From NCBI GenBank assembly GCA_965368975.1, contig CBDUPA010000012.1, forward strand, positions 96,001-160,000: DNA of 64,000 bases. The letters are read 5' to 3'. A program made the translations under genes and the position numbers. Position 1 is the stretch's first letter. Each line of letters starts with the position of its first letter. This DNA is from an uncultured bacterium (GTDB lineage Bacteria > Acidobacteriota > Thermoanaerobaculia > Multivoradales > JAHZIX01). The notes under the pieces are model-generated. The model had not been told where the DNA came from, made no database searches, and saw only the letters and a program-made list of their open reading frames with translations. Positions 1-9,620 of the stretch are shown in pieces.

Positions 1-13
1 GCCGGGAGCTGAC

Positions 14-709
14 GTGGCCGAGGCCGTGGCGCGCTGGAGCTGGGACCACGACCCGGCCGGGGTGCGCGCCCTGCTCGACGCCGGCGGCGTGCTGGCGATC
101 CCCAGCGAATCGAGCTACGGCCTGGCGGTCGAGCCGACGAGCGTCGCGGGCGTCGAGGCGGTGTACCGGCTCAAGCAGCGCGACGCCGGCAAGCCGCTGC
201 TGGTGGTGGTGGCGTCGCGGGCGCAGCTCGAAGCGCTCGGCGTCGCGGCACCCGCTCCGGCCTGGCGCGCGCTCGACGCCGCTTGGCCGGCACCCTTGAC
301 CGCCGTCTTGCCCCTGGCTCCCGAAGTCGCCGCCGGGAACAATCTTCCTGCCGCGGCCGGTTCTTCTAGCTTGGCGGTGCGCATCCCCGATCACCCGCGG
401 CTGCGCGCCTGGCTGGCCTGTGTCGGGCCGGTGACCGCCACCAGCGCAAACCTCAGCGGTGAACCTCCCGTACTCAGTGCGGACGGTGCCGCCGAGTTGC
501 TGGCCCGGCTGGCGCACAGCCCGGGGAACCACGTTCCCGTCGCAGTGATCGAAGGGGATGTGCCCGGCGGCCTCCCCTCGACGCTGATCGCCTGGGCGGG
601 CTCTGATTCTGATCACCACGATGCCCCCGCCTGGCGCCTGCTGCGCGCCGGGCGCTACGACCTGACTGACACGGACTTCCAACCATTCATGGTACCTTCC
701 CAGCGATGA
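14..709 (+). CDS. tsaC: L-threonylcarbamoyladenylate synthase (TsaC/YrdC/Sua5 family)
   Basis: Family motifs AIPSESSYGL, KQRDAGKPL, WPAPLTAVL, AVRIPDHP, TSANLSG, PSTLI. Confidence 0.9.
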   Translation: MAEAVARWSWDHDPAGVRALLDAGGVLAIPSESSYGLAVEPTSVAGVEAVYRLKQRDAGKPLLVVVASRAQLEALGVAAPAPAWRALDAAWPAPLTAVLPLAPEVAAGNNLPAAAGSSSLAVRIPDHPRLRAWLACVGPVTATSANLSGEPPVLSADGAAELLARLAHSPGNHVPVAVIEGDVPGGLPSTLIAWAGSDSDHHDAPAWRLLRAGRYDLTDTDFQPFMVPSQR

Positions 710-2814
710 ACCAACCTCCTGCTCGTTTCCCGCGTCGACGTCTTGCCACCTTCTTTCTCGGCCGCCGCGGTGCCGTGCTGCCGGTCTTGTGGGTCGCTGT
801 CGTGGCCACCTTGTTGGCCCCTTCCTGGGCGACCGGATCGGCGCTGGCGCAGGACGAGCTGTCTCGCGACGAGTTGCCCGCGCAGCCACCCGTGCCGCAC
901 GACGAGATCGAAATCTTCGAACTGCACGAGGCGCGCGCCGGCCAGACGGGCTACGGCCTGTCCGTCTTCCAGGGGCGTGAGCCGCAGCGCTTCGAGGTCG
1001 AAGTGATTGGCGTCATGGAAGACTCGTCCGGCCTCGGCGACGCCATCCTGGCGCACCTCAAGGGGCAGGGCCTGGAAGAGAGCGGCGTGCTCGGCGGCAT
1101 GAGCGGCAGCCCGGTGTACATCGAGGGTCGCCTGGCCGGTGCCGTCGCCTTCAGCTGGAATTTCAGCCGCGGCGCCATCGCCGGCATCACGCCGATCCGC
1201 GACATGCGCCGCTTGCGTGTCGAGCCGGTCGCGGAAGTACCCGCGGGCGAGATGGCGAGGTCGGACGCCTCGGTCTCGTCCTCAATCTCCACGACCACCC
1301 GGGAGGGCGCCGTGCCCGTTCCCAGCCTCGACGACCTGCTGCACCGGCGCTTCGACCAAGACCTGCTGCAGCAGCACCTCGCCGCGCTACGCCCGCCGAC
1401 AGTGAGGGGTGGTGGTGGTCCCGAGGCGGCGACGTCCAACGTTCAGTGGCTGGCCAGCGGCTTCAGTGACGGCGGCCGCCAGCTGCTGCGCTCGGCCCTC
1501 GGGCCCGTCACCTTTGGCGCGCCGATCCAGGAGCGGACCAGCGGCGCGGGACTGTTGGAAAGGGGGACACTGCTGGATCGTGGCGGCGACGATGGTGTCT
1601 CCGGCCTGCCCAGCGCGCGTCCGAACGCCCCCGATCTGACCGCGCTCTACGAGCCCGACTTCACCGACGTTGCCAAGCCGGGCGGTGCGGTGATGGCGGC
1701 ACTGGTCTTTGGCGACCTCAAGCTCGCCGCCGCTGGCACCGTCACCGACGTCCAGGGCAACGACGTGGTCGCCTTCGGCCATCCCTTCCTGGGCGCCGGC
1801 CCGGTGCGCCTGCCGATGGCTTCGGCCGACATCGTCACCACCGTCTCCAGCATCTTCAGCTCGTTCAAGGTCTCCAACATCGGCCGATTGGTCGGTACCG
1901 TGTGGCAGGACCGCTCCGCAGGCATCTACGGCCGCTTGGGCGAGGCGCCGCCGATCCTGCCTTTGACGGTGCGCTTGCATCCATCGGCCGGGCCGGGTGC
2001 TGACAGTGCGGAGGTCTACCAGATGTACCTGGCCGAAGCGCGCGACATCACGCCCGCTCTGCTCGGCACCGCCGCCGTCAGCATTCTCGACGTTGCCAGC
2101 CCGCGCCTGGGCGCCGGCAGCGTCGACCTGCGCGCCCGCTTCCAGATCGCTGGCCACGACGAACTGATCGTCGAGCAGAGCTTCGACGCGCCGCAGGCTG
2201 GCGTGCAAGCGATCATCACGACGCTCAGCTACGCCGCCTTCCTGATGCAGACACCGCAGGCGCCGCTCGACCTCGAAGCCATCGAGCTGGATTTCACCCT
2301 GCACCCGCGCCGCCGGCTGCAGACCCTGGTCGATGCCCACCCGCTGCGCACCGTCGTCAAGCCCGGCGAGCGTCTGCCGGTATTCCTCGAACTCGAGTCC
2401 TACACCGGCGGTCGCCAGCGTCGCACCGTCGAGGTGCCGCTACCCGAGCATCTCGACGACGGTACCTACGTGCTGCTGGTCGCCGACGGTGCCAGCGCCG
2501 ATGCGCTGCGCCTGGCGGTCGAGCCGCAAGACCCGACGTCGATCGACGACAGTCTGGCGATGCTGCGCGGCTTCCACTCCAACCGTGAAGTGCACGTCCT
2601 CGGCCTGGTGCCCGACCGCGGCCTGGTGCTCGGCGGCCAGGCCTTGCCGCGCGTGCCGGCGTCGATGCAGACCGTCTGGGGCCAGGCGCCGCCCGGCAGC
2701 ACGCAGCCGCTCAATCTGGCGCTGGTCGACGAGACCAGCTGGACCTGGGACGAACCCGTCGCCGGCCTCGTTCGCATCGATTTGACGGTTCGCCGAGGAA
2801 CCGGCCGTCGATGA
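706..2814 (+). CDS. SpoIVB peptidase S55 domain protein, exported
   Basis: Signal-like N-terminus; GMSGSPVYIEGRLAGAV and GTVT...AFGHPF motifs typical of S55 proteins; 4-nt overlaps with both neighbours. Confidence 0.8.
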   Translation: MNQPPARFPRRRLATFFLGRRGAVLPVLWVAVVATLLAPSWATGSALAQDELSRDELPAQPPVPHDEIEIFELHEARAGQTGYGLSVFQGREPQRFEVEVIGVMEDSSGLGDAILAHLKGQGLEESGVLGGMSGSPVYIEGRLAGAVAFSWNFSRGAIAGITPIRDMRRLRVEPVAEVPAGEMARSDASVSSSISTTTREGAVPVPSLDDLLHRRFDQDLLQQHLAALRPPTVRGGGGPEAATSNVQWLASGFSDGGRQLLRSALGPVTFGAPIQERTSGAGLLERGTLLDRGGDDGVSGLPSARPNAPDLTALYEPDFTDVAKPGGAVMAALVFGDLKLAAAGTVTDVQGNDVVAFGHPFLGAGPVRLPMASADIVTTVSSIFSSFKVSNIGRLVGTVWQDRSAGIYGRLGEAPPILPLTVRLHPSAGPGADSAEVYQMYLAEARDITPALLGTAAVSILDVASPRLGAGSVDLRARFQIAGHDELIVEQSFDAPQAGVQAIITTLSYAAFLMQTPQAPLDLEAIELDFTLHPRRRLQTLVDAHPLRTVVKPGERLPVFLELESYTGGRQRRTVEVPLPEHLDDGTYVLLVADGASADALRLAVEPQDPTSIDDSLAMLRGFHSNREVHVLGLVPDRGLVLGGQALPRVPASMQTVWGQAPPGSTQPLNLALVDETSWTWDEPVAGLVRIDLTVRRGTGRR

Positions 2815-5210
2815 TGTCGCCGCCGATGACACTTCTTCTTTCCACCTCGACCTCGAAGCCACGGAGACCGCTCGCCGCCATGACCCACTCCCCGCGTCCC
2901 CGCCCTGCGCGCCGCGCCTCACTGGCGCCGCTCACCGCCGCTCCGCTCACGGCTGCTCTGCTCACGACCGCCTTGCTGCTGTCTCCGGCCCTGGCACCGC
3001 CCGCGAGCGCCACCGAGGTCAAGATCTTCCGCACCGCCGACCGCGCCGGCTTCCTGGCTGGTGAGCTCGACGGCGTCAGCCTCGATCAGCTCGGCCGCCT
3101 GCGCCTGGCGGATCGCATCGAGCGCGTCAGCACCGTCGAGGAACCGTACCTGTACGCCGCCGCGGACTATCCGTCCGAGGATGGCGGCGGCTGGGTCGTC
3201 GGCACCGGTAGCGCCGGGCGTGTGTACCACGTGCGCCAGGACGGCACCTCCTCGCTGCTGTTCGAGGTCGCTGAGCCGCAGGTGCTGAGCGTGCTCAGCC
3301 ACGGCGGCGCCGTCTACGTCGGCACCGGTCCGACCCCCGGCGCCGAGGCCACCGGCAAGGTCTACCGCTACACGCCGCCAGCGTCCGGCAGCGACGAAGC
3401 GACGCTCGAAGTCTTGTTCGACAGCGGCGAGACCTATGTTTGGGCGCTGGCCATGCTGAGCGATGGTCGCCTGGCGGTCGGCACCGGTACGCAGGGCAAG
3501 CTGTTCGCCCTCGACCTGAAGCAGGATCTGGCCGAGCAGGAAGCCACCCTGCTGCACGACTCCACGGACATCCACATCCGCAGCCTGCTGGCGCTTCCCG
3601 AGGACGGCGACTTCGGTGGTGGCCTGCTCGCCGGCACCGCTGGCGAAGGCCTGCTGCTACACGTCGCCGCCAACGGCACCACGCGCACGCTCTACGACGC
3701 GGCGCAGCCCGAGATCACCGCGCTGACCGCCGGCCCGGACGCTAGCGGCTCCGGCGTGCGCGCGTATGCCGCCGCCATCGCCTCTGAAGCCTCCGGCGTC
3801 GACCTCGCACGCCGCGCCGCCCAGCAACAGCAGCAGCAAAGCCAGGAAGACCCGAGCAACGGCGACTCGCAGGCCGAGCTCGTCGCCCCGACACCCGACG
3901 GCACCGTCGGCTCGCGTCCCGGCAATTTCCGCGGCGGTCGCAGTGAGATCCTCACCATCGCCGCCGATGGCGTCGTCGAGAGCCTGTGGACGTTCCAGGA
4001 ACAGACCGTCTTCAGCCTGCTCTACCTGGATGACCGCCTGTGGCTCGGCACCGGCGTCGAGGGCGAGCTGTTCAGCTTCCGCGGCGGCGACATGGTGGTC
4101 GAGAAGCAGAGCGAGGAGCGGCAGGTGATGGCGCTGCTGGCGAGCGAAGACGGCCCCGTCCTGGCCACCACCAACGGCGCCGCCGTCTACCGCGCCAGCG
4201 GTGGTCGAGAATCGGCGGGCATCTACACCAGCAGCGTCTACGATGCCGAGGCCGTTTCGCGCTTCGGCAGCTTCCGCTGGTACGGCTCGCAGGCCGAGAA
4301 GGCTGCCAGCTTCTCCTTCCGCTCCGGCCTCTCCGCCTTCCCGGACGCCACCTGGTCCGACTGGACCGCACCCAAGAACGGCCACGAGATCGCCCTCGAC
4401 ACCCTGCCTGCCGGCCGCTACGTGCAGTGGCGCGCCGAGCTGAAGAATGGCGACGTGAGCCCGCGTCTCGACGCCGTCGAGCTGAGCTACCGGCAGCGCA
4501 ACGCCAAGCCGCGCATCCACGAGCTGAGCGTCCTGGAACCGGGGCAGATCCTGGTCCCCAGCACCTTCAACCCCAACGGCCAGACGTTCGAACCCGCGCA
4601 CCCCAACCGCGATGGCATCTTCACCACCCTGCAGCCTGCCGCGCGCGAGGATGCCCGCCTCAAGACGCTGTGGAAGCTTGGCTACCGCTCGCTGTCCTGG
4701 AAGACCGAAGATCCCAACCAGGACGACCTCGAGTACACGCTGTCGTTCCAGCGCCAAGCGGACGTGGCGCCGGCAGACGACTGGTTGCCGATGGTCGAGA
4801 AGCTCGACGACGACCACCTCAGCTTCGACGCCACCGTGCTGCCCGATGGCATCTACCGTTTCCGTCTCGAAGCCAGCGATGCCGAGGCCAACCTGCCCGG
4901 CGAAGGCCAGAGCGCCGAGCGCGTCAGTGAGCCGGTGGTGATCGACCACAGTGTGCCGGTGCTGGTCAAAGCCGAGCGCCAGGGCAGTACCCTGCAGGTC
5001 GAAGTGCGCGACGCCTGGAACCCCCTGCGCGAAGTCGTCTACAGCGTCGATGCCGGCGAATGGCAACGCGCTCCCACCGCCGATGCCCTGGTCGACGGTC
5101 GGCGCGAAGTGCTGCAGATTCCGATCCCCGAAGGCGCCAAGCTGCTGATCCTGCGCTGCACCGACGCTGCCCACAACGTCATTACCTTCGACTTGTCCGG
5201 AGAGCTGTGA
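2811..5210 (+). CDS. Exported beta-propeller/Ig-like protein
   Basis: Signal peptide; repeated blade-like motifs (VVGTGSAGRVY, YVGTGP..GKVY, AVGTGTQGKLF, LAGTAGEGLLL); C-terminal DGIYRFRLEASD FN3-like segment. Confidence 0.65.
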   Translation: MMSPPMTLLLSTSTSKPRRPLAAMTHSPRPRPARRASLAPLTAAPLTAALLTTALLLSPALAPPASATEVKIFRTADRAGFLAGELDGVSLDQLGRLRLADRIERVSTVEEPYLYAAADYPSEDGGGWVVGTGSAGRVYHVRQDGTSSLLFEVAEPQVLSVLSHGGAVYVGTGPTPGAEATGKVYRYTPPASGSDEATLEVLFDSGETYVWALAMLSDGRLAVGTGTQGKLFALDLKQDLAEQEATLLHDSTDIHIRSLLALPEDGDFGGGLLAGTAGEGLLLHVAANGTTRTLYDAAQPEITALTAGPDASGSGVRAYAAAIASEASGVDLARRAAQQQQQQSQEDPSNGDSQAELVAPTPDGTVGSRPGNFRGGRSEILTIAADGVVESLWTFQEQTVFSLLYLDDRLWLGTGVEGELFSFRGGDMVVEKQSEERQVMALLASEDGPVLATTNGAAVYRASGGRESAGIYTSSVYDAEAVSRFGSFRWYGSQAEKAASFSFRSGLSAFPDATWSDWTAPKNGHEIALDTLPAGRYVQWRAELKNGDVSPRLDAVELSYRQRNAKPRIHELSVLEPGQILVPSTFNPNGQTFEPAHPNRDGIFTTLQPAAREDARLKTLWKLGYRSLSWKTEDPNQDDLEYTLSFQRQADVAPADDWLPMVEKLDDDHLSFDATVLPDGIYRFRLEASDAEANLPGEGQSAERVSEPVVIDHSVPVLVKAERQGSTLQVEVRDAWNPLREVVYSVDAGEWQRAPTADALVDGRREVLQIPIPEGAKLLILRCTDAAHNVITFDLSGEL

Positions 5211-5710
5211 TGCCCCATCGACGTCCCCCCGGAGCCCCCCTCACTGCCGTCTACCCGGGCTCCTTCGACCCCATCCATCACGGCCATCTCGACCTGATCG
5301 AGCGCTGTAGCGTGCTGTTCGACGAAGTCATCGTCGGCGTGCTGCACAACGAAGCCAAGCAGCCGCTGTTCACCAGCGCCGAGCGCGTCGAGATGATCTC
5401 CGAGCAGGTCACCCCCTTCGGCAACTGCCGCGTCGAGGCCTTCTCCGGCCTGCTCGTCGACTTCGTCGAAGGCGCCGGCGCCTCCTGCGTCATCCGCGGC
5501 CTGCGCGCCGTCGCCGACTTCGAGTACGAGTTCCAGATGGCGCTGATGAACCGGCGTCTCAACCCGAGAGTCGAGACCATGTTCATGATGCCCAAGGAGG
5601 ACTACACCTTCCTGTCCAGCCGGACGGTGAAAGAAGTCTTCTTCCTCGGCGGCAACCTGGATGGCCTGGTGCCTGAGGGCGTGATCGAGCGGATGAAGGA
5701 GAAGTTGTAG
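5210..5710 (+). CDS. coaD: Pantetheine-phosphate adenylyltransferase
   Basis: YPGSFDPIHHGH, IRGLRAVADFEYE, LSSRTVKE; ATG at 5210 overlaps the upstream TGA. Confidence 0.96.
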   Translation: MPHRRPPGAPLTAVYPGSFDPIHHGHLDLIERCSVLFDEVIVGVLHNEAKQPLFTSAERVEMISEQVTPFGNCRVEAFSGLLVDFVEGAGASCVIRGLRAVADFEYEFQMALMNRRLNPRVETMFMMPKEDYTFLSSRTVKEVFFLGGNLDGLVPEGVIERMKEKL

Positions 5711-5723
5711 GGGTTCCAGGGGG

Positions 5724-5866
5724 AGGGCGCAATGCCTTGCGCCCCTACGACCCGCGCCCCCGCCCGAACGTTACGCATTCGGGAGATCCACCAGGCCGCG
5801 GAGTTCGTGCCGTGCGTAGCGTTCGGGGGAAGGGTGGTTCCGTAGGGGCGCAGGGGTCTGCGCCCT
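5724..5866. repeat. GTAG-type REP doublet (REPIN-like), copy 1
   Basis: AGGGCGCAATGCCTTGCGCCCCTAC (5724-5748) and GTAGGGGCGCAGGGGTCTGCGCCCT (5842-5866) in inverted orientation; internal CCCGAACG/CGTTCGGG pairing. Confidence 0.8.
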
Positions 5867-5872
5867 CTGGTG

Positions 5873-6892
5873 TCACAACATTCCCCGCAGCCACGCTCTC
5901 AGCCACAGAGGCCACCGCTTCCACCGCCCCGCCTCGACCGCCAGCTCCGCCGCCTCGACGCACAGGCGACGCCGCCAGTGCTCGCGCACCGCGTCGAACG
6001 TGTAGTCCTTCGCCCGCTCGCGCCCGTTCTCGACCATCGCCCGGTACAGCCCTGGCTCGGTGCGCAAGCGTCGGATCGCCGCTTTGGCGTCGTCCAGGCC
6101 CTCCACCTCGATGTAGTCCAGCTCCGAGCGGCGCAACTCGCGGTACGCCGCTTCCGGTCCCAGCAGCGCCGGAACCCCGGCGTGCCAGGCATTGACCAGC
6201 TTGGTGGCGGGCTTCTTCGAGTGCAACCGGCGATCCGGCGGACGGACGGCGAGGACGAGGTCGACGTCGCGGTAGTCGGGCCAGTGTGTCTCGGGCATCT
6301 CTTCCTTCTGGAAGGCGACCGAGTCGAGGTCCCAGGTCATGTCCTGGTCGTGCAGGAAGGTCGGCCACGAAGGGTCGTGGAACGCGGGGTGCAGGTTGCC
6401 GTGGAAGCCCTTGTACGCCAGGTGCTCGACACGCGTGCCGCGCTGCGGATCGCGCGCTTGCAGTCCTGCCTGCGGCCAGTGCGGCACGTGCACGCGTCGC
6501 TGACCCGCATGCAGTGAGTCGTCGGCATAGACCCCGTTCTGCAGGATCTCGAGATCCGCCAGCCGTGCCGGCTTGAGGTCGCCGCGCACGCCGACCAGGA
6601 CGAGATCGGCGTCTGTACCGCGACGCTGCAACTCCTTGCGCAGCGTGTGGCGGTGCTTGCTGTGGAAGACGACAACCTTGCTCTCCGGTGACACCGCGGG
6701 CAGCGCGTCCACCAGTTCCGCGTCCACCGGCGGCGACTGGCCCGCTCGCCGCAAGCGCAGGCAGGTTTGCAGGATCCAGGCATGCTCGCCGCGTCGGAAG
6801 GCGGTCCAGTCGCGGTCGGGGTCGAGGTGGAGGAGGGAGGGGAGCCCACTATGGGAAGACTCGTCTTGGTGGGGGAGGTAGAAGAGGATCAT
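5873..6892 (-). CDS. Putative GT-B fold glycosyltransferase-like protein
   Basis: C-terminal DLVLAVR...KPATKLVNAWHAGVPALLG resembles the nucleotide-sugar-binding half of GT-B enzymes. Confidence 0.55.
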   Translation of the reverse strand: MILFYLPHQDESSHSGLPSLLHLDPDRDWTAFRRGEHAWILQTCLRLRRAGQSPPVDAELVDALPAVSPESKVVVFHSKHRHTLRKELQRRGTDADLVLVGVRGDLKPARLADLEILQNGVYADDSLHAGQRRVHVPHWPQAGLQARDPQRGTRVEHLAYKGFHGNLHPAFHDPSWPTFLHDQDMTWDLDSVAFQKEEMPETHWPDYRDVDLVLAVRPPDRRLHSKKPATKLVNAWHAGVPALLGPEAAYRELRRSELDYIEVEGLDDAKAAIRRLRTEPGLYRAMVENGRERAKDYTFDAVREHWRRRLCVEAAELAVEAGRWKRWPLWLRAWLRGML

Positions 6893-6914
6893 GGGGAGCC
6901 CTCATCCGCCCCGG

Positions 6915-7042
6915 AGGGCGCAGACCCCTGCGCCCCTACAGACCCGCGCCGCCGCCCGAACGTTACGTGGTCCGAATCGTTCATGCCGTGCGTTCCGTTC
7001 GGGGGTTGGGGTGGGTCGTAGGGGCGCAAGGCATTGCGCCCT
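6915..7042. repeat. GTAG-type REP doublet (REPIN-like), copy 2
   Basis: AGGGCGCAGACCCCTGCGCCCCTAC (6915-6939) and GTAGGGGCGCAAGGCATTGCGCCCT (7018-7042); spacer similar to copy 1; overlaps the 3' end of dusA. Confidence 0.8.
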
Positions 7043-8048
7043 GGGTGGTGGTTGGCTCCGCCACCTTCCCCGCCGCCGCCACCAACACCTCGACGCCCGC
7101 ACCGTCGAGATGCGCCTTCTCGCTCAGGTACCGTCGCCATGCACGCGCCCCTGGCTGGCCGGCGAAGAGCCCCAGCAGGTGACGGCTGATCCGCTTCAGC
7201 GGCACCCCCGCCGCCAGCTGGCGCTCGACGTACGGAAAGAGCCCTTCGACGACCGCGCGGCGTGTTGGCACTTCACCGTCGTCGCCAAAGATCGCCGTGT
7301 CCACCGACGCGAGGAAGTACGGATCTTCGTACGCAGCCCGCCCGATCATGCAGGCGTCGACGTGACGCAGGTGCTCCTGGATCGCGTCCAGCGTGCGGAT
7401 ACCGCCGTTGATCTCGATGTGCAGGTGCGGGAACTCCCGCTTGAGCCGATACACGTCGTCATAGCGCAGCGGCGGAATCGTCCGGTTCTCCTTCGGGCTC
7501 AGCCCCGACAACCACGCCTTGCGCGCGTGCACCGTGAACCGATCCGCCCCGGCGCGCGCCACCACCTCCACGAAGCGCGCCATGTCCTCATAGCGGTCCA
7601 GGTCGTCAATGCCGATGCGATGCTTCACCGTCACCGGCAACGCTACCGCCCCGCGCATCGCCTCCACCGCCCGCGCCACCTTCTCCGGCTCGGCCATCAA
7701 GCAGGCGCCAAAGCTCCCTTTCTGCACCCGGTCGCTCGGGCAGCCGACGTTCAGGTTCACCTCGTCATAGCCCAGATCCGCCGCGATGCGCGCGCACTCG
7801 CTCAGCTCCGCCGGATCGTCGCCCCCCAGTTGCAGCGCCAGCGGATGCTCCACCTCGTCATAGCCGAGCAAGGCGTCGCGGTTCCCATGCAACACCGCTC
7901 CCGTCGTCACCATCTCCGTGTACAGCAGTGAGTGTCGTGTCAGCTGGCGCTGGAAGACGCGGAAGTGCCGGTCGCTGTGATCCATCATCGGGGCGATGGA
8001 GACGGACGGCGTCGAGGTGCGGGGAGTGGGGAGCGGCGTGGGCGTCAT
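6981..8048 (-). CDS. dusA: tRNA-dihydrouridine(20/20a) synthase DusA
   Basis: APMMDHSDRHFR, LYTEMV, QLGGDDP, NLNVGCPSDRVQKGSFGACLM, VHARKAWLSGLSPKENR, MIGRAAY. Confidence 0.95.
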   Translation of the reverse strand: MTPTPLPTPRTSTPSVSIAPMMDHSDRHFRVFQRQLTRHSLLYTEMVTTGAVLHGNRDALLGYDEVEHPLALQLGGDDPAELSECARIAADLGYDEVNLNVGCPSDRVQKGSFGACLMAEPEKVARAVEAMRGAVALPVTVKHRIGIDDLDRYEDMARFVEVVARAGADRFTVHARKAWLSGLSPKENRTIPPLRYDDVYRLKREFPHLHIEINGGIRTLDAIQEHLRHVDACMIGRAAYEDPYFLASVDTAIFGDDGEVPTRRAVVEGLFPYVERQLAAGVPLKRISRHLLGLFAGQPGARAWRRYLSEKAHLDGAGVEVLVAAAGKVAEPTTTQGAMPCAPTTHPNPRTERTA

Positions 8049-8109
8049 GGCGGGGGTATTCTACCGAGGTGGGGAGATGGGGGCGATGTGGTGCTTCCGA
8101 GGGGCCGGG

Positions 8110-9420
8110 TCAGAGCCGCCAGTAGAGGTGGTAGACGGGGAAGGGACGGCCGCCGGCTCGCTCGGCGCGCAGGACCTCGTGCAGCACCAGGCGGAGGTCC
8201 TGCAGCGTGAGATGTCCGCCAGAGGCTTGATTGCCGAACAGGCGTAGGGCGAGGGCGGCTTGGGGGCTGCACGTGAGATGGTCGGCGAGGGCGGCGATAC
8301 GACGTGCCAGGTCGAGGTCGACAGCTTGCTCGCCTTGGTGCCCCGCCCTGGCATCGGCCTTGCGGCTCAGCTTGCGGCCGGTCTTGCGAGCGGGTGCCAG
8401 TCGCAGCTGCAAGCCGTGGCTGAGAACGAGGACCGCTTCCAGCGCTCGACGGACCTGGACGAATTCGTCAGCCAGGTCGATCCAGGGGCGCGGGTCGGTG
8501 GCGTCGTCGACGTCGAGATCCCGGCCAGCGAAAGGGGAGCGCACGCCCAGGTCGTCGCCGTGCAGCAGGCACAGCCAGCGCAGGTGCGGCGGTGACGTGT
8601 CGAAGCCGGCGGTGTCGGCGGCACGCAGGCCTTCTTCGATCACTTCGCGGGCCCGCTCCCGGTGGCCGTGGTAGAGCAAGGCTCGTGCGGCCGCGGCGTG
8701 GGCGCTGTCGTCGACCAGGGACGGGGCGCTCAGGGCTTCCAGGTCACGCAGTAGGTTCCGCCGGCGCAGGCGATCTTGCCGCAGGTCGAGCATCATGCGT
8801 CCGAACAGTGCGCTGTGCCGCAGCGGGAAGGGGTCGGGCAGGCTGGCGGCAGGGTCGGAGTCTTCGGCTCTCCCCGTAAGCGCTATGGGTAGCCGGAAGG
8901 CCAGGTCGACGGCGGTCTCGACGTGGTCACGGGCGGCCGGCAGGTAGCCTTGCCAGCTGTTGTAACTGGCCAGGGCCCAGTGGATCAGCGTGCGGGTCGC
9001 GGGGTGCAGGGGCTGCTGGTCGGTGCTCAGGTCGAGCGCTTGGTGCAGTCGTCGATAGCCTTGGAGATGGTAGCCGGTGTAGCTGAGGAAGCGGCCCAAC
9101 TGGGCCAGTGCCAGCGCGTGCAGTTCGCGCGCGTCGCCGGCGAAGTGACGCGTCTGCCGCAGCTGCGCCGTGATCTCGACGGCAAGCCGGGTCAGCTGCG
9201 ACGCCGCGGCGGGGCTCTCGCGCACCACGGCCTCGGCGGCGGTGAACAGCATCGCGACGCTGCCGCTGGTGTGGTAACGGCTGTCCTTGCGTACGATGTC
9301 CACGCGCCGCTGGGGCGTCTCGCGCAGCAACCGGGCGAGCAGCGGCCGCACCTCGGCGATTTCGGGGCGTTGTAGGAGTTCTTGCAGGCTGGGTTCTTTG
9401 GATCTGCTGTCCTGAGGCAT
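8110..9420 (-). CDS. TPR-like all-helical protein (divergent paralog-like of 11164..12441)
   Basis: Long ORF with GAGGAG RBS; Ala/Leu-rich helical repeats (ELHALALAQLGRFL..., ALALRLF) loosely matching the downstream TPR protein. Confidence 0.55.
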   Translation of the reverse strand: MPQDSRSKEPSLQELLQRPEIAEVRPLLARLLRETPQRRVDIVRKDSRYHTSGSVAMLFTAAEAVVRESPAAASQLTRLAVEITAQLRQTRHFAGDARELHALALAQLGRFLSYTGYHLQGYRRLHQALDLSTDQQPLHPATRTLIHWALASYNSWQGYLPAARDHVETAVDLAFRLPIALTGRAEDSDPAASLPDPFPLRHSALFGRMMLDLRQDRLRRRNLLRDLEALSAPSLVDDSAHAAAARALLYHGHRERAREVIEEGLRAADTAGFDTSPPHLRWLCLLHGDDLGVRSPFAGRDLDVDDATDPRPWIDLADEFVQVRRALEAVLVLSHGLQLRLAPARKTGRKLSRKADARAGHQGEQAVDLDLARRIAALADHLTCSPQAALALRLFGNQASGGHLTLQDLRLVLHEVLRAERAGGRPFPVYHLYWRL

Positions 9421-9620
9421 GAGAGGGCTCCTCGTAGGCTGGAGAGACAGGATGCGGGCGGCAAACGACGGCGGCGGGAGGCGTCGAGGCTGCTGGCATC
9501 GACCCCGCCCGTCGCCCGTGGGGTCACGGTGGGTGGCTGTGTCGAGGCACCGTCAGCGCTGGCGAACCGGTGCGGGCCGCCTCGACTCGAGGGGGGCTCC
9601 TGAGCTCCAGGAGTGGCGGC

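Noticed and set aside
5724-7042. CRISPR array or tRNA
   Set aside because: The repeats are inverted palindromic REP pairs without regular unique spacers; no cas genes or cloverleaf seen anywhere in the window.
9470-9516. GC-rich hairpin between the PCD-like and TPR-like genes as a named ncRNA
   Set aside because: Imperfect stem in very GC-rich DNA with no recognisable family motif; cannot be supported without a covariance search.
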